Source: a virus
Virus record (IMG/VR): IMGVR_UViG_3300033153_000868
Coordinates: 50,220-114,219 of that record
DNA length: 64,000 nt
Direction: 5' to 3' (one strand)
The notes under the pieces were generated by a model. That model worked only from the letters and a program-made list of their open reading frames with translations. It did not search any database and was not told the origin of the DNA. The position numbers were made by a program, and so were the translations under genes. Shown piece by piece: positions 33,001 through 42,460 of this stretch. The first letter of the stretch is position 1. Every line of letters starts with the position of its first letter.

Positions 33001-36000
33001 ATCATATATAGAAAGATATTTCTGATCTTTTGCTTTGTCATAACCTACCTCAACTTGAAAATTTTGTAATGGATCAATATTCATAAATTGTTCTGGTGTT
33101 ACTTTACCATCAGAACCATCTTCAGTTTTACTCCAATAATCTTCTTTCATGTAACCCGCTAAGCCATCAACAGTTTCTTTATATCCTATAGGGAGATCTT
33201 TAAAGTCTGATATCATACTTTCTCTATCAAGTATATCATCTGATATTTTATAATATTGCACTCCTTCCTCTTTTGAATTGGTTGGTGAATATTCTGTTTG
33301 CTTTTGTATATATTTTTCTTTAGGATTAAGACCAAGCGCACGTGCCCATGCTTCTTCAGAAAAATCATAATCACCATCAGAATCAAACAAGGGTTTTGTT
33401 GGTTCTGTTATACCCAGTGCATTACCTATTGCACCAAATGCTTCTTTAGTAATGCTGCCAAAACCAGGATAACTTTCAGGTCTTACTTCTTGAAATATTT
33501 TAAATCTAGTTTCAAGATCAAGTTCTGGATTAAGTATGTCCTTAGTTTTTTTACCTAACCAATCATTAAAGCTATCTGCTTTTTCAGCAGCACCTTTTAA
33601 AACTGGTATTACTGCATCATCTAATGTATTACCTCCTCTTTGGTAGAGTTTATTAATTCTTTGCTGTGTATCTATTTGTTTGCTATTGGGTTTCCATTTT
33701 GATGGACCATAATAATCTATTATATCTTCATTGTCTACTCCGCTCATAGCAAGCTTAGCCTTTTCTTCAGAATCATATATTCCTATAGTTCCACCGGTAC
33801 TTATATCACGCACTATAATCCTTCCGTCACCTGTTTTTATAGATACTAATTGACTTTTAGATTTTTTTACAGGTTCTGAAAGTGGAGGCTTATCATTCAT
33901 GTCAAAATCAGACATCAGCTTTTGTAAAGGTTTTAACTCTGGCTTTTCTATAAATTGATGTCCAAGTTCATACCATGCACTTTTAATAGTGTCATTATTT
34001 TTAATAGATGTAAAACTATCAATTTTGTTATTTTCAGCATAATCTGGATAATATTTGTTTATCCATTGTCTAAATACACTTTCATCTACATCAGATGGTA
34101 AGTCTGATAAATTATATTTAATATCATGCGGTAATTTTAAAACAGGCATCTCAGGATATTGATCTGATAAATCAGCTGCTGGATCAAAGTATGGTATATG
34201 TTTTAAGTTACTTTTGTTGCTGACTCCAGGATTTGCACCTACTTTAGCTTTACCATACTTTCCTAATGTTTGTATTGCATTTTGCCAATCCGGATTATTC
34301 TCCTGCCAATTTTCTCTTTCTTTAACTGTATTAAAAGTTGTGTCTTTATATTGATTATACCAAACATCTTTATAAAGTTCTTTTGCTTTTTCTATATCTG
34401 CTATGCTTTGATTTCTTTTATTCAATTCTATCTGATAAGCCTTACGTGCTGCATCATTTTCTAATTGTTTTTCTCTTACTCTTGGGTCAAATATTGATTC
34501 ATATACATCATCCTCATTATATCTAATGTTTACATTTTCATCCGGTGTATAAAATCTATTTAGCACTTCAAGACCAGATTGAGCATACCGTAATTTATCT
34601 TTGCTGTCATCTGCAGATGAAATCTCATTTAATTGATTAAAAATCTCATCATTACTATATACATCCTGTAATTGCATTAATGGATTGTAACCATCTGACT
34701 CTCCTCTGTTTAACTCTGAAGTTCTATCAATTATTTGTTGAAATTTTTCTCTAGTTAATGGCTCAGTCATAGGATCATATATTCCTAGATCTTTTGCTGC
34801 TGACCTAATTGTATTTAATCTAGTTCTAGCTTCAGTAGGATCAGAAACATAATCTCCCCAGGGGCTTCTCTCTATTTCTATCTGTCCTTCTTTTACAGAC
34901 CCATCTCTATTAAAAGCTACTATGGGATTACCATCTGCATCATAGGTTCCATAGCTTGCTATATCAATATTATTTATTATAGGATTTCCATCATCATCAT
35001 ACCCCTCTATATTAACCCTTTCGTCTTCAAATCTTTTAATAGTTTTTTGAGGTATAAGTCTATCTGAATTAAGGTTTTTATATATCTGTATAGCCCTATC
35101 TTCAAGATCGTTTGTTTCTTGGCCAGTAATATAATTATATGCTTGATTTGCCAAAGCAACATAGTTTGGTAAAACTACACTGCTTGGTCTAGTACTTAGT
35201 GAAGCATTTGCTAAAGCAATTTTATCTCCAATGCTTAAGTTATCTTTATATCTTTTTAATGTATCTTTTCCAACTCTATCTCCACTATGGCCTACTTCAT
35301 GTTCAAAAGTGTTTTCATAAACATGCCCTTCATGATCAGTATGTGATGGTTTAAAAAATTCAAGTTCACCATTCTTACTCCAAGATGTTGCACCTACACC
35401 TTCATCTTCGTGTGTATTAGGATTTACTATTATAGGTACGTTTTGTAAATTACCTATTCTACTATTAGTTATAAATTCAGCATCATCATTTGGACCAACT
35501 TCATTTGCTAATATTTTTTTATACATGGGTGAATCTAACCATTGTCTTTGAAATGAATTATCAACACTTTCTTGATTAGGTACAACTCCTTTAATATCAT
35601 TTACTTCACCCCTTAACTGAAATTTAGGTTTCCAAGAACCTTCTCCAAACTTTATAGCAGCTTCTTTATCTGCTCCAAAGTCTATAAGCTCACCTCTTCT
35701 TTTAGCTTCTTCATATGCTTCTTTCCAAGGTTTATTAGACATATCAACCCAAGTACCATCCGGATCTTGGAATAATGTTGGAAATGAAAACCAGTTCTTT
35801 CCATCTAAAGTTTCAGTAGCCATAAGGTGTGTTGACTCACTACCATCAGGATTTTTTCTAGCACCTTGTCTTTTAGGTACTTCAATACCATTTTGAGCCA
35901 TAGGCGTTTCCATTACCATATCACCTGGAAATTGATATTCATTTTCAGGCATCATCATTTGTGAATTACCAAGGTTATCTACACCCATAATAGGAAAGTC

Positions 36001-36159
36001 TACATCTTTCATGCTTATGTTTCCTGACGGAATGAAATTAACCGGATTGGTTTTATCTGGGCTATCATTTCTATACCCATCTACAGATATATATTGTGTT
36101 ATATCTATTAAGAACTCATTTGGTCCTCCTGGTAATCCTATGCTCTTTCTTTTTCCCAT
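30073..36159 (-). CDS. Multidomain virion peptidoglycan-modifying polyprotein: zincin, SLT lytic transglycosylase, 2x LysM, YkuD L,D-transpeptidase, second lysozyme-like domain
   Basis: 2028 aa. HEVGH (35287-35301). VESNLNPKAKSSAGYMGLGQ...AAYNWGRG (~32600-32860). Two YxVKSGDxLxxIAxKYGTTV LysM repeats (~31915-32200). IVNK..KRL...AIHG...ASNGCVN (~31350-31770). GNESNFG...GLTQL...LLDPEKAAIAT (~30450-30900). Confidence 0.85.
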   Translation of the reverse strand: MGKRKSIGLPGGPNEFLIDITQYISVDGYRNDSPDKTNPVNFIPSGNISMKDVDFPIMGVDNLGNSQMMMPENEYQFPGDMVMETPMAQNGIEVPKRQGARKNPDGSESTHLMATETLDGKNWFSFPTLFQDPDGTWVDMSNKPWKEAYEEAKRRGELIDFGADKEAAIKFGEGSWKPKFQLRGEVNDIKGVVPNQESVDNSFQRQWLDSPMYKKILANEVGPNDDAEFITNSRIGNLQNVPIIVNPNTHEDEGVGATSWSKNGELEFFKPSHTDHEGHVYENTFEHEVGHSGDRVGKDTLKRYKDNLSIGDKIALANASLSTRPSSVVLPNYVALANQAYNYITGQETNDLEDRAIQIYKNLNSDRLIPQKTIKRFEDERVNIEGYDDDGNPIINNIDIASYGTYDADGNPIVAFNRDGSVKEGQIEIERSPWGDYVSDPTEARTRLNTIRSAAKDLGIYDPMTEPLTREKFQQIIDRTSELNRGESDGYNPLMQLQDVYSNDEIFNQLNEISSADDSKDKLRYAQSGLEVLNRFYTPDENVNIRYNEDDVYESIFDPRVREKQLENDAARKAYQIELNKRNQSIADIEKAKELYKDVWYNQYKDTTFNTVKERENWQENNPDWQNAIQTLGKYGKAKVGANPGVSNKSNLKHIPYFDPAADLSDQYPEMPVLKLPHDIKYNLSDLPSDVDESVFRQWINKYYPDYAENNKIDSFTSIKNNDTIKSAWYELGHQFIEKPELKPLQKLMSDFDMNDKPPLSEPVKKSKSQLVSIKTGDGRIIVRDISTGGTIGIYDSEEKAKLAMSGVDNEDIIDYYGPSKWKPNSKQIDTQQRINKLYQRGGNTLDDAVIPVLKGAAEKADSFNDWLGKKTKDILNPELDLETRFKIFQEVRPESYPGFGSITKEAFGAIGNALGITEPTKPLFDSDGDYDFSEEAWARALGLNPKEKYIQKQTEYSPTNSKEEGVQYYKISDDILDRESMISDFKDLPIGYKETVDGLAGYMKEDYWSKTEDGSDGKVTPEQFMNIDPLQNFQVEVGYDKAKDQKYLSIYDKYDFNSIANAAIKPYEFYDRIYIPKDSDKKVENKNSINPNLLYKQAFVESNLNPKAKSSAGYMGLGQIGDSLIADYKKAKNVKEIDPYDPEQNHDVQEWSMNELYNSSFINKENQDQDVRLIKTLAAYNWGRGNTRDLLNELKEEGLDIYNDVQWVSRLPKETQDYIDMILFDKNTEGRPNVQENFLKTTTDEAYDYYKQLYKYQDDLPEKQFAGPVRENEQEGYDYSQLWMPSNYVEELPELNSSFVGPLREPEKQNEKPKEELNIYTVKSGDNLTRIADKYGTTVDEIAELNDIANPSKISINQEIKLPKSKTKYAFYDVKSGDTLGRIATKYGTTVRKLAQENDISNINEIFVNQELRIPQDSYEPVDEIEETWQDVELLDQDRRNINDSSDEDIIKKSQMVNDPNGHYVIVNKKTKRLEVWRGGKPVLDFEVLTGANEGDALTVTKMWDLNNDGQITDEDKRNGKWIPNWSAGNKNTGAGKYYIKESYADSPDKYGGKGVPSFNLYTDGTDIDVATAIHGPTKGRKGLFDDGNIDNNRASNGCVNGQCSDLQALYDLGMPAGTAVYILPEDEGNNFQWVDGQAVLKMSKDNREKYASNYIDSKGSEQTQQGSNYTVNTLNYQPIRPVFDQQAFEEDVYNETGGLKSVGNFFTSDTSDKEEQENSTKPFINALVNNKKQIMQEAGIPSDVYNDIARIAFGIYGNESNFGDTHSKSGNLLRGANKYVADLNKKGQLPVVGSTNLLPTVTSSPDVFKKYEGFTLDTTNQLSNVSPLLAIAAQSSNINLPTYSKSAQEDYNSVGLTQLRWENIAKEDKNLPENKKQINILKKFGITSNKDLLDPEKAAIATVLRLAFLANNREGVDRNDLFNTLPKHWGGSSKDDGKTYTEGVKKNAKYLKFQQLGKYMPDYKIGGEKKKLQMYKDYMDGIYDGTNEEAKAKSIYDKLNRKHYKDAKELGNMSPPNYILTHLYKA

Positions 36160-39100
36160 TATCTTTGTGATAGTAAAAGTTTAGTATTATTAAGTCTAAG
36201 CAGCATTTTTCTGTTGCCTGATACATTCCTACGTAAAATAACATTATTAGAGTAGTGTCTAAACTTCTTACGTTCCGTTTGACTTTTACCGTAATTAATG
36301 TTAGTTTGATTTAAAGGTCTAATATATCCATTACATGATGTGTCAAATATTGGTTGTTCTGCATTTGTAAACTCACCTCTATCATTAGTCACATCCCAGA
36401 ATTGATTAAATCTAAATTTATGTTCTACTTTAGAAACTAGTATTTGTATACCATTAAATCCAATAGAAGGAAAATCTAAATTAGTCCAAGGGCTGTTAAC
36501 CGGTTGTGGATTTAGTAATAGTAAACCTGATGTTTGATCATTATTATAAATAATAGAAGCATCAAAGTTAAAATCTAAATCTTCCCATTTATCTCCACCA
36601 CACATGTTGTATTGTGGATCTCCTTTATATACATAAGTTTCTAATTGATATTCAAAACTTCTTATGGTATTAACCGCTTGTCCAGTATTAGATATCAAAT
36701 CTATTTCCCATGGGTAGTCTTCACCATAATAATTTGCAAAAGAGTCACATCTTACATTGTGTCTCCAAAAACCACCCACTTTATAATTAGGCTGTAAAGA
36801 ATCATAATAAAAATAGTTACACTGCTTAGGGTTTGATTGAACAAAATCTGGATTTCCAATCTGATAAAGTAAAGGTGGTGTATCTGGACATTCACCTGTC
36901 TCAGTTAAAACAGAACCCGGTACAGTAGAAGGTGGACATTCACATGTAACTTTCCTACATATCGGTCTTTCATTTTCTAGATCACTACATGTTCCACTAG
37001 CCTGATCATATACATTTCCATTTGATGCATCTGGATAAACTAATGTATATCCTGTTGGACATTCACAAACAAAATCACTACCACATATACTTGATGTTAT
37101 TTCTTGAGCAACAACATCCCAATTAGAAATAGGATAATTTGCATTTATATTAGATTGAATCCCATATATATAAGCACTAGTTGTTGATCCAGCTGTACCA
37201 CTAGTTATAGTAATATTTTGACCATATTGACAAACTATATTGTTTAAAGCTGCACTTTGAGGTTGACCGGGTCCTCCTGGATAAGGTGAATTAACTCCAC
37301 AAAATACAGTATACATAAATTGAAAATTAGGAGCAGCATTACTTACTGTTTGAATTGTTGGAGATTGCAAATTACATTGAGGACCTGGGTTATTACCAGT
37401 ATCTGTAACAGTAATAACAATTCTTCTATAGCTTGGATCATTTTGTCTTGCTGGATAATTTGCTGCTAAACTTGATGATCCCGTTTGTTGAGCTAAACTA
37501 ATTGCCTGGTTCATACCTGCAGCTGTTGCAGTGTTACCACCATACCAATTATTTATGTACCAAGTTTGTACATTAGCAGAACTAACATTATCTGACATTG
37601 AAACAGGGCTAATAAATGCTCCATTTCCAGTTGTCCAACTTCTTTGTTGATTATTACCAGACCAACTTGTAAAACCAATTTGCATAGAACCTCCGTTTAA
37701 TGCATTTTGTATTTCTGGTTGATCAACAAAAGACATCACCCATTGTAACTGTGCAAAAGCTCTAGTCCCATTGTTTTGTGGGTTACCCGTACTACCAGAA
37801 GTATCCATTGCTACTACAATATCAATAAGACATGCTTGAGGACCTCCCGATATAATTGAGTCACGGTTATCTACAATAACTTCTGCAAGTTCTGTTGTAT
37901 TAATTCCTATTTCACATAAACCTGTACTAGGATTAAAATTATAACCCGGAGGACATTGCGGAACAGTTGTCTCAACAGTCTTTGTAGTAAAGAAGTGATT
38001 TATACTTGGTAAAGCTAACTCAGGATGCCAATCATGAAAAGATATCCATGCTTTAGATTTTGGGTCATAACTAATAGTCCATGAACAATCATCAAAATAT
38101 ATTGGATCACCAATATCAATACTTACTGGCACTCTTGCCTCACCTCTTATCTCTATTGGTCTAACTGGTCTATCAACAAATGTTGCTTGACCAATATAAT
38201 CAGGTTTTAATTGATAATCTTTTTTCATAAAGTAGACTACATCATCTACTGAATCATACATTACTTGACATCCTACTCCTGCTACAGGATTATCTGTCCA
38301 TTGTGTATTTTCTGAACTTGGAAATTGTTTTATAAATCTAGAAGGTAAATATTTAGCAAACCACCATTTCATTCCGTTATTAGATATAGGATCTAAACCT
38401 TTACCTCCATACTGAAATATTTTACCTTGTTGTTGAGATATAAAGAATAATCCAAGTGGTGTATTAATAACACCTCTTAAACTCTCACATGAACCATATT
38501 CATTTGATATGTCTGCATTAGCTACATTTTGAAACGGTTGACTAAATAAACCTCCATCACCTATAGTAAGCTTTGTATCTAATTGAGTTTTCAGTGTATC
38601 AAGACCCTGAAACATTTGTGGAGATAAGTATGGGAAAAATACTAATGCACCACTTTTGTTTATAGGTTTAATTACACTTACTTCATTTTTAAAATCTTTG
38701 TAATTGTTATTTAAAAATACTCTCCAATAATCTCTTTTTGATTCTTCTTGCGCTTGTAATGAATAAATTAATCTTTTTGGATAACTAACAAAACAATTTG
38801 CTGCAACATAGGGATCATAATCTCTAGGTTGAATTTGACCAAAAGATGACATTTGAGTAGGGAATCTACTTGGACTTAATGATTCATCATACTTGTAAAA
38901 ATTATCATCTTTTTCTATTCTTGCATGAAAGAGCTCATTTAAATCATTATAATCATATACATTATAGATTCTTTTTTTAGGTTCATCTTCCCAATCTCTT
39001 TGATCTAAATTTACTTCTGATTCAACATAAAAATCTAAGATTCCATTTACATGAGAATAAATATATGCAAATGCCATAGACAATGCAGGATTAGGATCAC

Positions 39101-42100
39101 TACCATTATTAAATATACTACCCCAAGAGGTGTTTGTTGAATTACTTGTTCTATCTAAATAAAATAAATCATTTGGCATCAATGCTGTAGCAGCATTTGA
39201 ACTACCTAATCCAAGAGTAACAAACTTTTGTGCTAAAGGTGTTAAATCAAATCTTTGTGAGTTTAACCAGTATCTTGGATATGGTATATTTACATATAAT
39301 GAATAATCAAAAGTATAACCATCAGGTTGACCTAATAAAAATCTTGTAAAAATAGGCATTATGGTTTTTTCAGTATATCTACCTATAAATGTGTCTCCAC
39401 TAAAAATTGGATCACTAGTATACATATATTGATTTGGTAATGTTGAATCTAACAATTGAATGCAAGATCTCATTGGTATTTGTTTTATACCATCTAGTTG
39501 ACCATACTGATTATCAAAATTAAATTTAAGAGCACCATAGTATGCAGATATATTACTTTTTCTTGCTTGTTTATATTTTTGAAAATATGAGTTACTATGT
39601 GGTGCAGGGTTTGAGTTTTGATATACTCCAGCTGAGCTTAATGATACATCTAATGATCCACCTATAGTATATCTTGATTTATCTTTTACATCAGGATCAG
39701 TAAGACTTTTTTCTAAACTTACAGCTACTGTAGAAGGTCTAAATAAATTATTAATTTTATAGTTACCATTATCAAATGTCTGAAATGATTGTCCAATATA
39801 GTTAGAGTCTGAATTTTTAATTCTCCATAAACCATTTGTTTGCTTATTAAAATTACTAAAGAACCCAAATGAATTGTGTTTTAAGACAAAACTATTTGAT
39901 GACTGCATGTTATATATTAGCTCTAAAAACTCATTACCTCCAGCTGCTATATTAGCTTTAGAAGTTTGAGCTGACATCCATATTTTTAAAAATATAGGTA
40001 TTGATGAAAAGTTGTTATCTGATGTCCATGCTATTTCTTCACTACCACCACGCATACCTGGCAAATTACCTATAGCTTGTGATAAACCCATCTGAATTTT
40101 TTCAGTAGCATAATTAGCAGCACCACCCACCCATAAGTCTGCTACACCAGTAGCTGAATCTAATAAAGCTTCAAGAAGTACTGATATAACTGATTGACCA
40201 GTATTAGCAGCAACATTTGCTAAAGAATATGCTGCTTGTGCAAAACCTGGTTGATTACCAATACCAGCTAATCCTCCAAAGGATCCTGACTGTGATGTCA
40301 TATTACCAGCAGCACCAACCCTTCTAACATTTTTAGTACCCCTTACTTGTCTTATTGCATAACCTAATCCTATAACTCCAGATATTATAGCTGCACCATT
40401 TCTTAATAATTTAAATTGAGGATGATCCTCGGATGGTTGAAATGTTCCACTTGCACTACCTGATAACTGACCGTATATTTTAGTTTCATATGCATTCAAA
40501 AAAGGTTTAGTAAACATAAGCTCTGGTGAAGAAAAAGTAAAAACTTTTCTTGAATATCCACTTGGCTCACCATTAATATCTGGTTCATCTCCTAATGCTT
40601 TATAATCATCTAATGATTCACCAAATGAATGAACACCGTCAGTTCTATTTAGTATATTATTTCCGCCTTTATGGAAATATACATCTGGTCTTAAATCATT
40701 ATATGGATAATTAGGATATAAACCTTGTACATCTCCACCAATTAAATTTTCTGCATTTGGTACAGTATACTTACGCATGTTTCTAAATAAACCTTTTCCT
40801 AAAATAGATTTTGCACCTAATCTAGATCCACGTAGTATTTCATAACCAACTACATTTTCTATGTAAGATCCATCATTATATTTAGGTCTCCCAATATTGC
40901 TAAACTCAACCCCTAGTATATTTATTTCGTCTCCATTTGAGCTTGTTAAATGCAATGGAGAAGTATTACCTCCTATTGATTCATCAGGCATTTTATGATG
41001 CCTTATTGGTTTACCACATAAGTCACCCCATATATCTGGTCTATTTGATGGATAAAGTTCTGTTGATTCCCAATACCCCATTTCACCTCTACCAGTAATT
41101 TTAGTTTCATCAGGTAAAGCGGTTATTGCAGTAGAAGTAATTGAAGCTGTATTGTATACTTTAAAAAGAGGATCTCCAGTTGGGTTTAGTACATTATTAC
41201 CATTTATAATTTCGTTCTCCATTGTCCCATTATACATTTCAGGTGCTCTACCTGGTATATGATATGATGAAGATCTTTCTCCTGTGTTATATATCCATCT
41301 TATAAAGAATGCATATTGTTCATCACGCAATAACCCTGTTCTATTACCGCCTTTAGAATAATATGTAGATGGTACAGAATTAATTACCCAATTTGTTTTT
41401 ATTTCATTTGCAATAGGTTGATAATTAAAATCAAATTGTTCTGTTGGTCCTTGTCTTATTAACCAATCATTAACCACAAACATAGATTCAGACTTTTCAT
41501 AAGCTGGACTTCTAAGAGGTATCAATTTTAAATCTATAGCTGATAATGACTCGTCTATAAAGTCAATGTTTATTGTGCTTACTTGAGTACTATATAAACC
41601 AATTCTTTTTGCTGAGGTTTGCCCTTGATTTCTTCTTAATATAACTAACTCAAAATAATCATAGTCTAAATCTAAATTAGAAAAATTTATGTCCAATGAT
41701 CCTCCAGTTCCTTCATGATTCCATAGTGTCTGAATATTAGATATACCTATATAATCAGTTACTCTTTGTTCATTTTCTGTATAGCCTACAAAAACTTGAT
41801 AAGCACCATTAGCCAACATTCCGCCATCAATAGACTTTTCTAAAGTAATGCAGGGTGTATCTAAAAGAGGTGCTAACCTTATTTGCTCACAGTCTAATGA
41901 TTTTGGTTCAATAATTTCATATTCTACACAGTCAGAACCATCTATATCTGGACCAGATATTTGAATTTTTTTCCAAGGTATATCATCTATATTTAGAGCT
42001 CTTGATGGATTGTTTGCATCATCCCAATATACTTCCCATGTACAATCAAAATTTTCTTTTGCTGCACCAACAATTAAATGCTTTTTACTAAAGTTTAAAC

Positions 42101-42446
42101 AAGGATCATTAACTAATGTAGTATACTTACATTCGCTGTCATCAAATCTACCTATTTCAGAACTAACGTTATCTGTAGAAAATACAACCCATTCATCACC
42201 ATATCTATGTATAGCACCTATAACAGTATAAGGTATGACACCACATGATAAATTTGAAGGCTCATTACCAATCATTCCTAGATCACCATCTTCAGAATTA
42301 TTAGCTGCATTTCTTGCATGCCACCATGCTTGTTGTCCTTCAAATGAAGGAGCAACATCTTTGTTCATCCCTTTAGTAAACGTATTTATATTTACTGATG
42401 ATGAACCAGAACTTTGTGGTTGAGATGGATTTTTCTTTTTAGCCAT
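36159..42446 (-). CDS. Tail stabilization / muzzle-like protein (crAss-like Tstab) with an inserted vWA domain
   Basis: 2095 aa. N-terminal FTKGMNKD...NA.N and C-terminal WTISYDPKSKAWISFHDWHP are typical of this family. It follows the ring genes. vWA MIDAS motif DIVVAMDTSGST (~37790-37830). The stop overlaps the next start (TAATG). Confidence 0.8.
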   Translation of the reverse strand: MAKKKNPSQPQSSGSSSVNINTFTKGMNKDVAPSFEGQQAWWHARNAANNSEDGDLGMIGNEPSNLSCGVIPYTVIGAIHRYGDEWVVFSTDNVSSEIGRFDDSECKYTTLVNDPCLNFSKKHLIVGAAKENFDCTWEVYWDDANNPSRALNIDDIPWKKIQISGPDIDGSDCVEYEIIEPKSLDCEQIRLAPLLDTPCITLEKSIDGGMLANGAYQVFVGYTENEQRVTDYIGISNIQTLWNHEGTGGSLDINFSNLDLDYDYFELVILRRNQGQTSAKRIGLYSTQVSTINIDFIDESLSAIDLKLIPLRSPAYEKSESMFVVNDWLIRQGPTEQFDFNYQPIANEIKTNWVINSVPSTYYSKGGNRTGLLRDEQYAFFIRWIYNTGERSSSYHIPGRAPEMYNGTMENEIINGNNVLNPTGDPLFKVYNTASITSTAITALPDETKITGRGEMGYWESTELYPSNRPDIWGDLCGKPIRHHKMPDESIGGNTSPLHLTSSNGDEINILGVEFSNIGRPKYNDGSYIENVVGYEILRGSRLGAKSILGKGLFRNMRKYTVPNAENLIGGDVQGLYPNYPYNDLRPDVYFHKGGNNILNRTDGVHSFGESLDDYKALGDEPDINGEPSGYSRKVFTFSSPELMFTKPFLNAYETKIYGQLSGSASGTFQPSEDHPQFKLLRNGAAIISGVIGLGYAIRQVRGTKNVRRVGAAGNMTSQSGSFGGLAGIGNQPGFAQAAYSLANVAANTGQSVISVLLEALLDSATGVADLWVGGAANYATEKIQMGLSQAIGNLPGMRGGSEEIAWTSDNNFSSIPIFLKIWMSAQTSKANIAAGGNEFLELIYNMQSSNSFVLKHNSFGFFSNFNKQTNGLWRIKNSDSNYIGQSFQTFDNGNYKINNLFRPSTVAVSLEKSLTDPDVKDKSRYTIGGSLDVSLSSAGVYQNSNPAPHSNSYFQKYKQARKSNISAYYGALKFNFDNQYGQLDGIKQIPMRSCIQLLDSTLPNQYMYTSDPIFSGDTFIGRYTEKTIMPIFTRFLLGQPDGYTFDYSLYVNIPYPRYWLNSQRFDLTPLAQKFVTLGLGSSNAATALMPNDLFYLDRTSNSTNTSWGSIFNNGSDPNPALSMAFAYIYSHVNGILDFYVESEVNLDQRDWEDEPKKRIYNVYDYNDLNELFHARIEKDDNFYKYDESLSPSRFPTQMSSFGQIQPRDYDPYVAANCFVSYPKRLIYSLQAQEESKRDYWRVFLNNNYKDFKNEVSVIKPINKSGALVFFPYLSPQMFQGLDTLKTQLDTKLTIGDGGLFSQPFQNVANADISNEYGSCESLRGVINTPLGLFFISQQQGKIFQYGGKGLDPISNNGMKWWFAKYLPSRFIKQFPSSENTQWTDNPVAGVGCQVMYDSVDDVVYFMKKDYQLKPDYIGQATFVDRPVRPIEIRGEARVPVSIDIGDPIYFDDCSWTISYDPKSKAWISFHDWHPELALPSINHFFTTKTVETTVPQCPPGYNFNPSTGLCEIGINTTELAEVIVDNRDSIISGGPQACLIDIVVAMDTSGSTGNPQNNGTRAFAQLQWVMSFVDQPEIQNALNGGSMQIGFTSWSGNNQQRSWTTGNGAFISPVSMSDNVSSANVQTWYINNWYGGNTATAAGMNQAISLAQQTGSSSLAANYPARQNDPSYRRIVITVTDTGNNPGPQCNLQSPTIQTVSNAAPNFQFMYTVFCGVNSPYPGGPGQPQSAALNNIVCQYGQNITITSGTAGSTTSAYIYGIQSNINANYPISNWDVVAQEITSSICGSDFVCECPTGYTLVYPDASNGNVYDQASGTCSDLENERPICRKVTCECPPSTVPGSVLTETGECPDTPPLLYQIGNPDFVQSNPKQCNYFYYDSLQPNYKVGGFWRHNVRCDSFANYYGEDYPWEIDLISNTGQAVNTIRSFEYQLETYVYKGDPQYNMCGGDKWEDLDFNFDASIIYNNDQTSGLLLLNPQPVNSPWTNLDFPSIGFNGIQILVSKVEHKFRFNQFWDVTNDRGEFTNAEQPIFDTSCNGYIRPLNQTNINYGKSQTERKKFRHYSNNVILRRNVSGNRKMLLRLNNTKLLLSQR

Positions 42447-42460
42447 AATATATTATCTAT

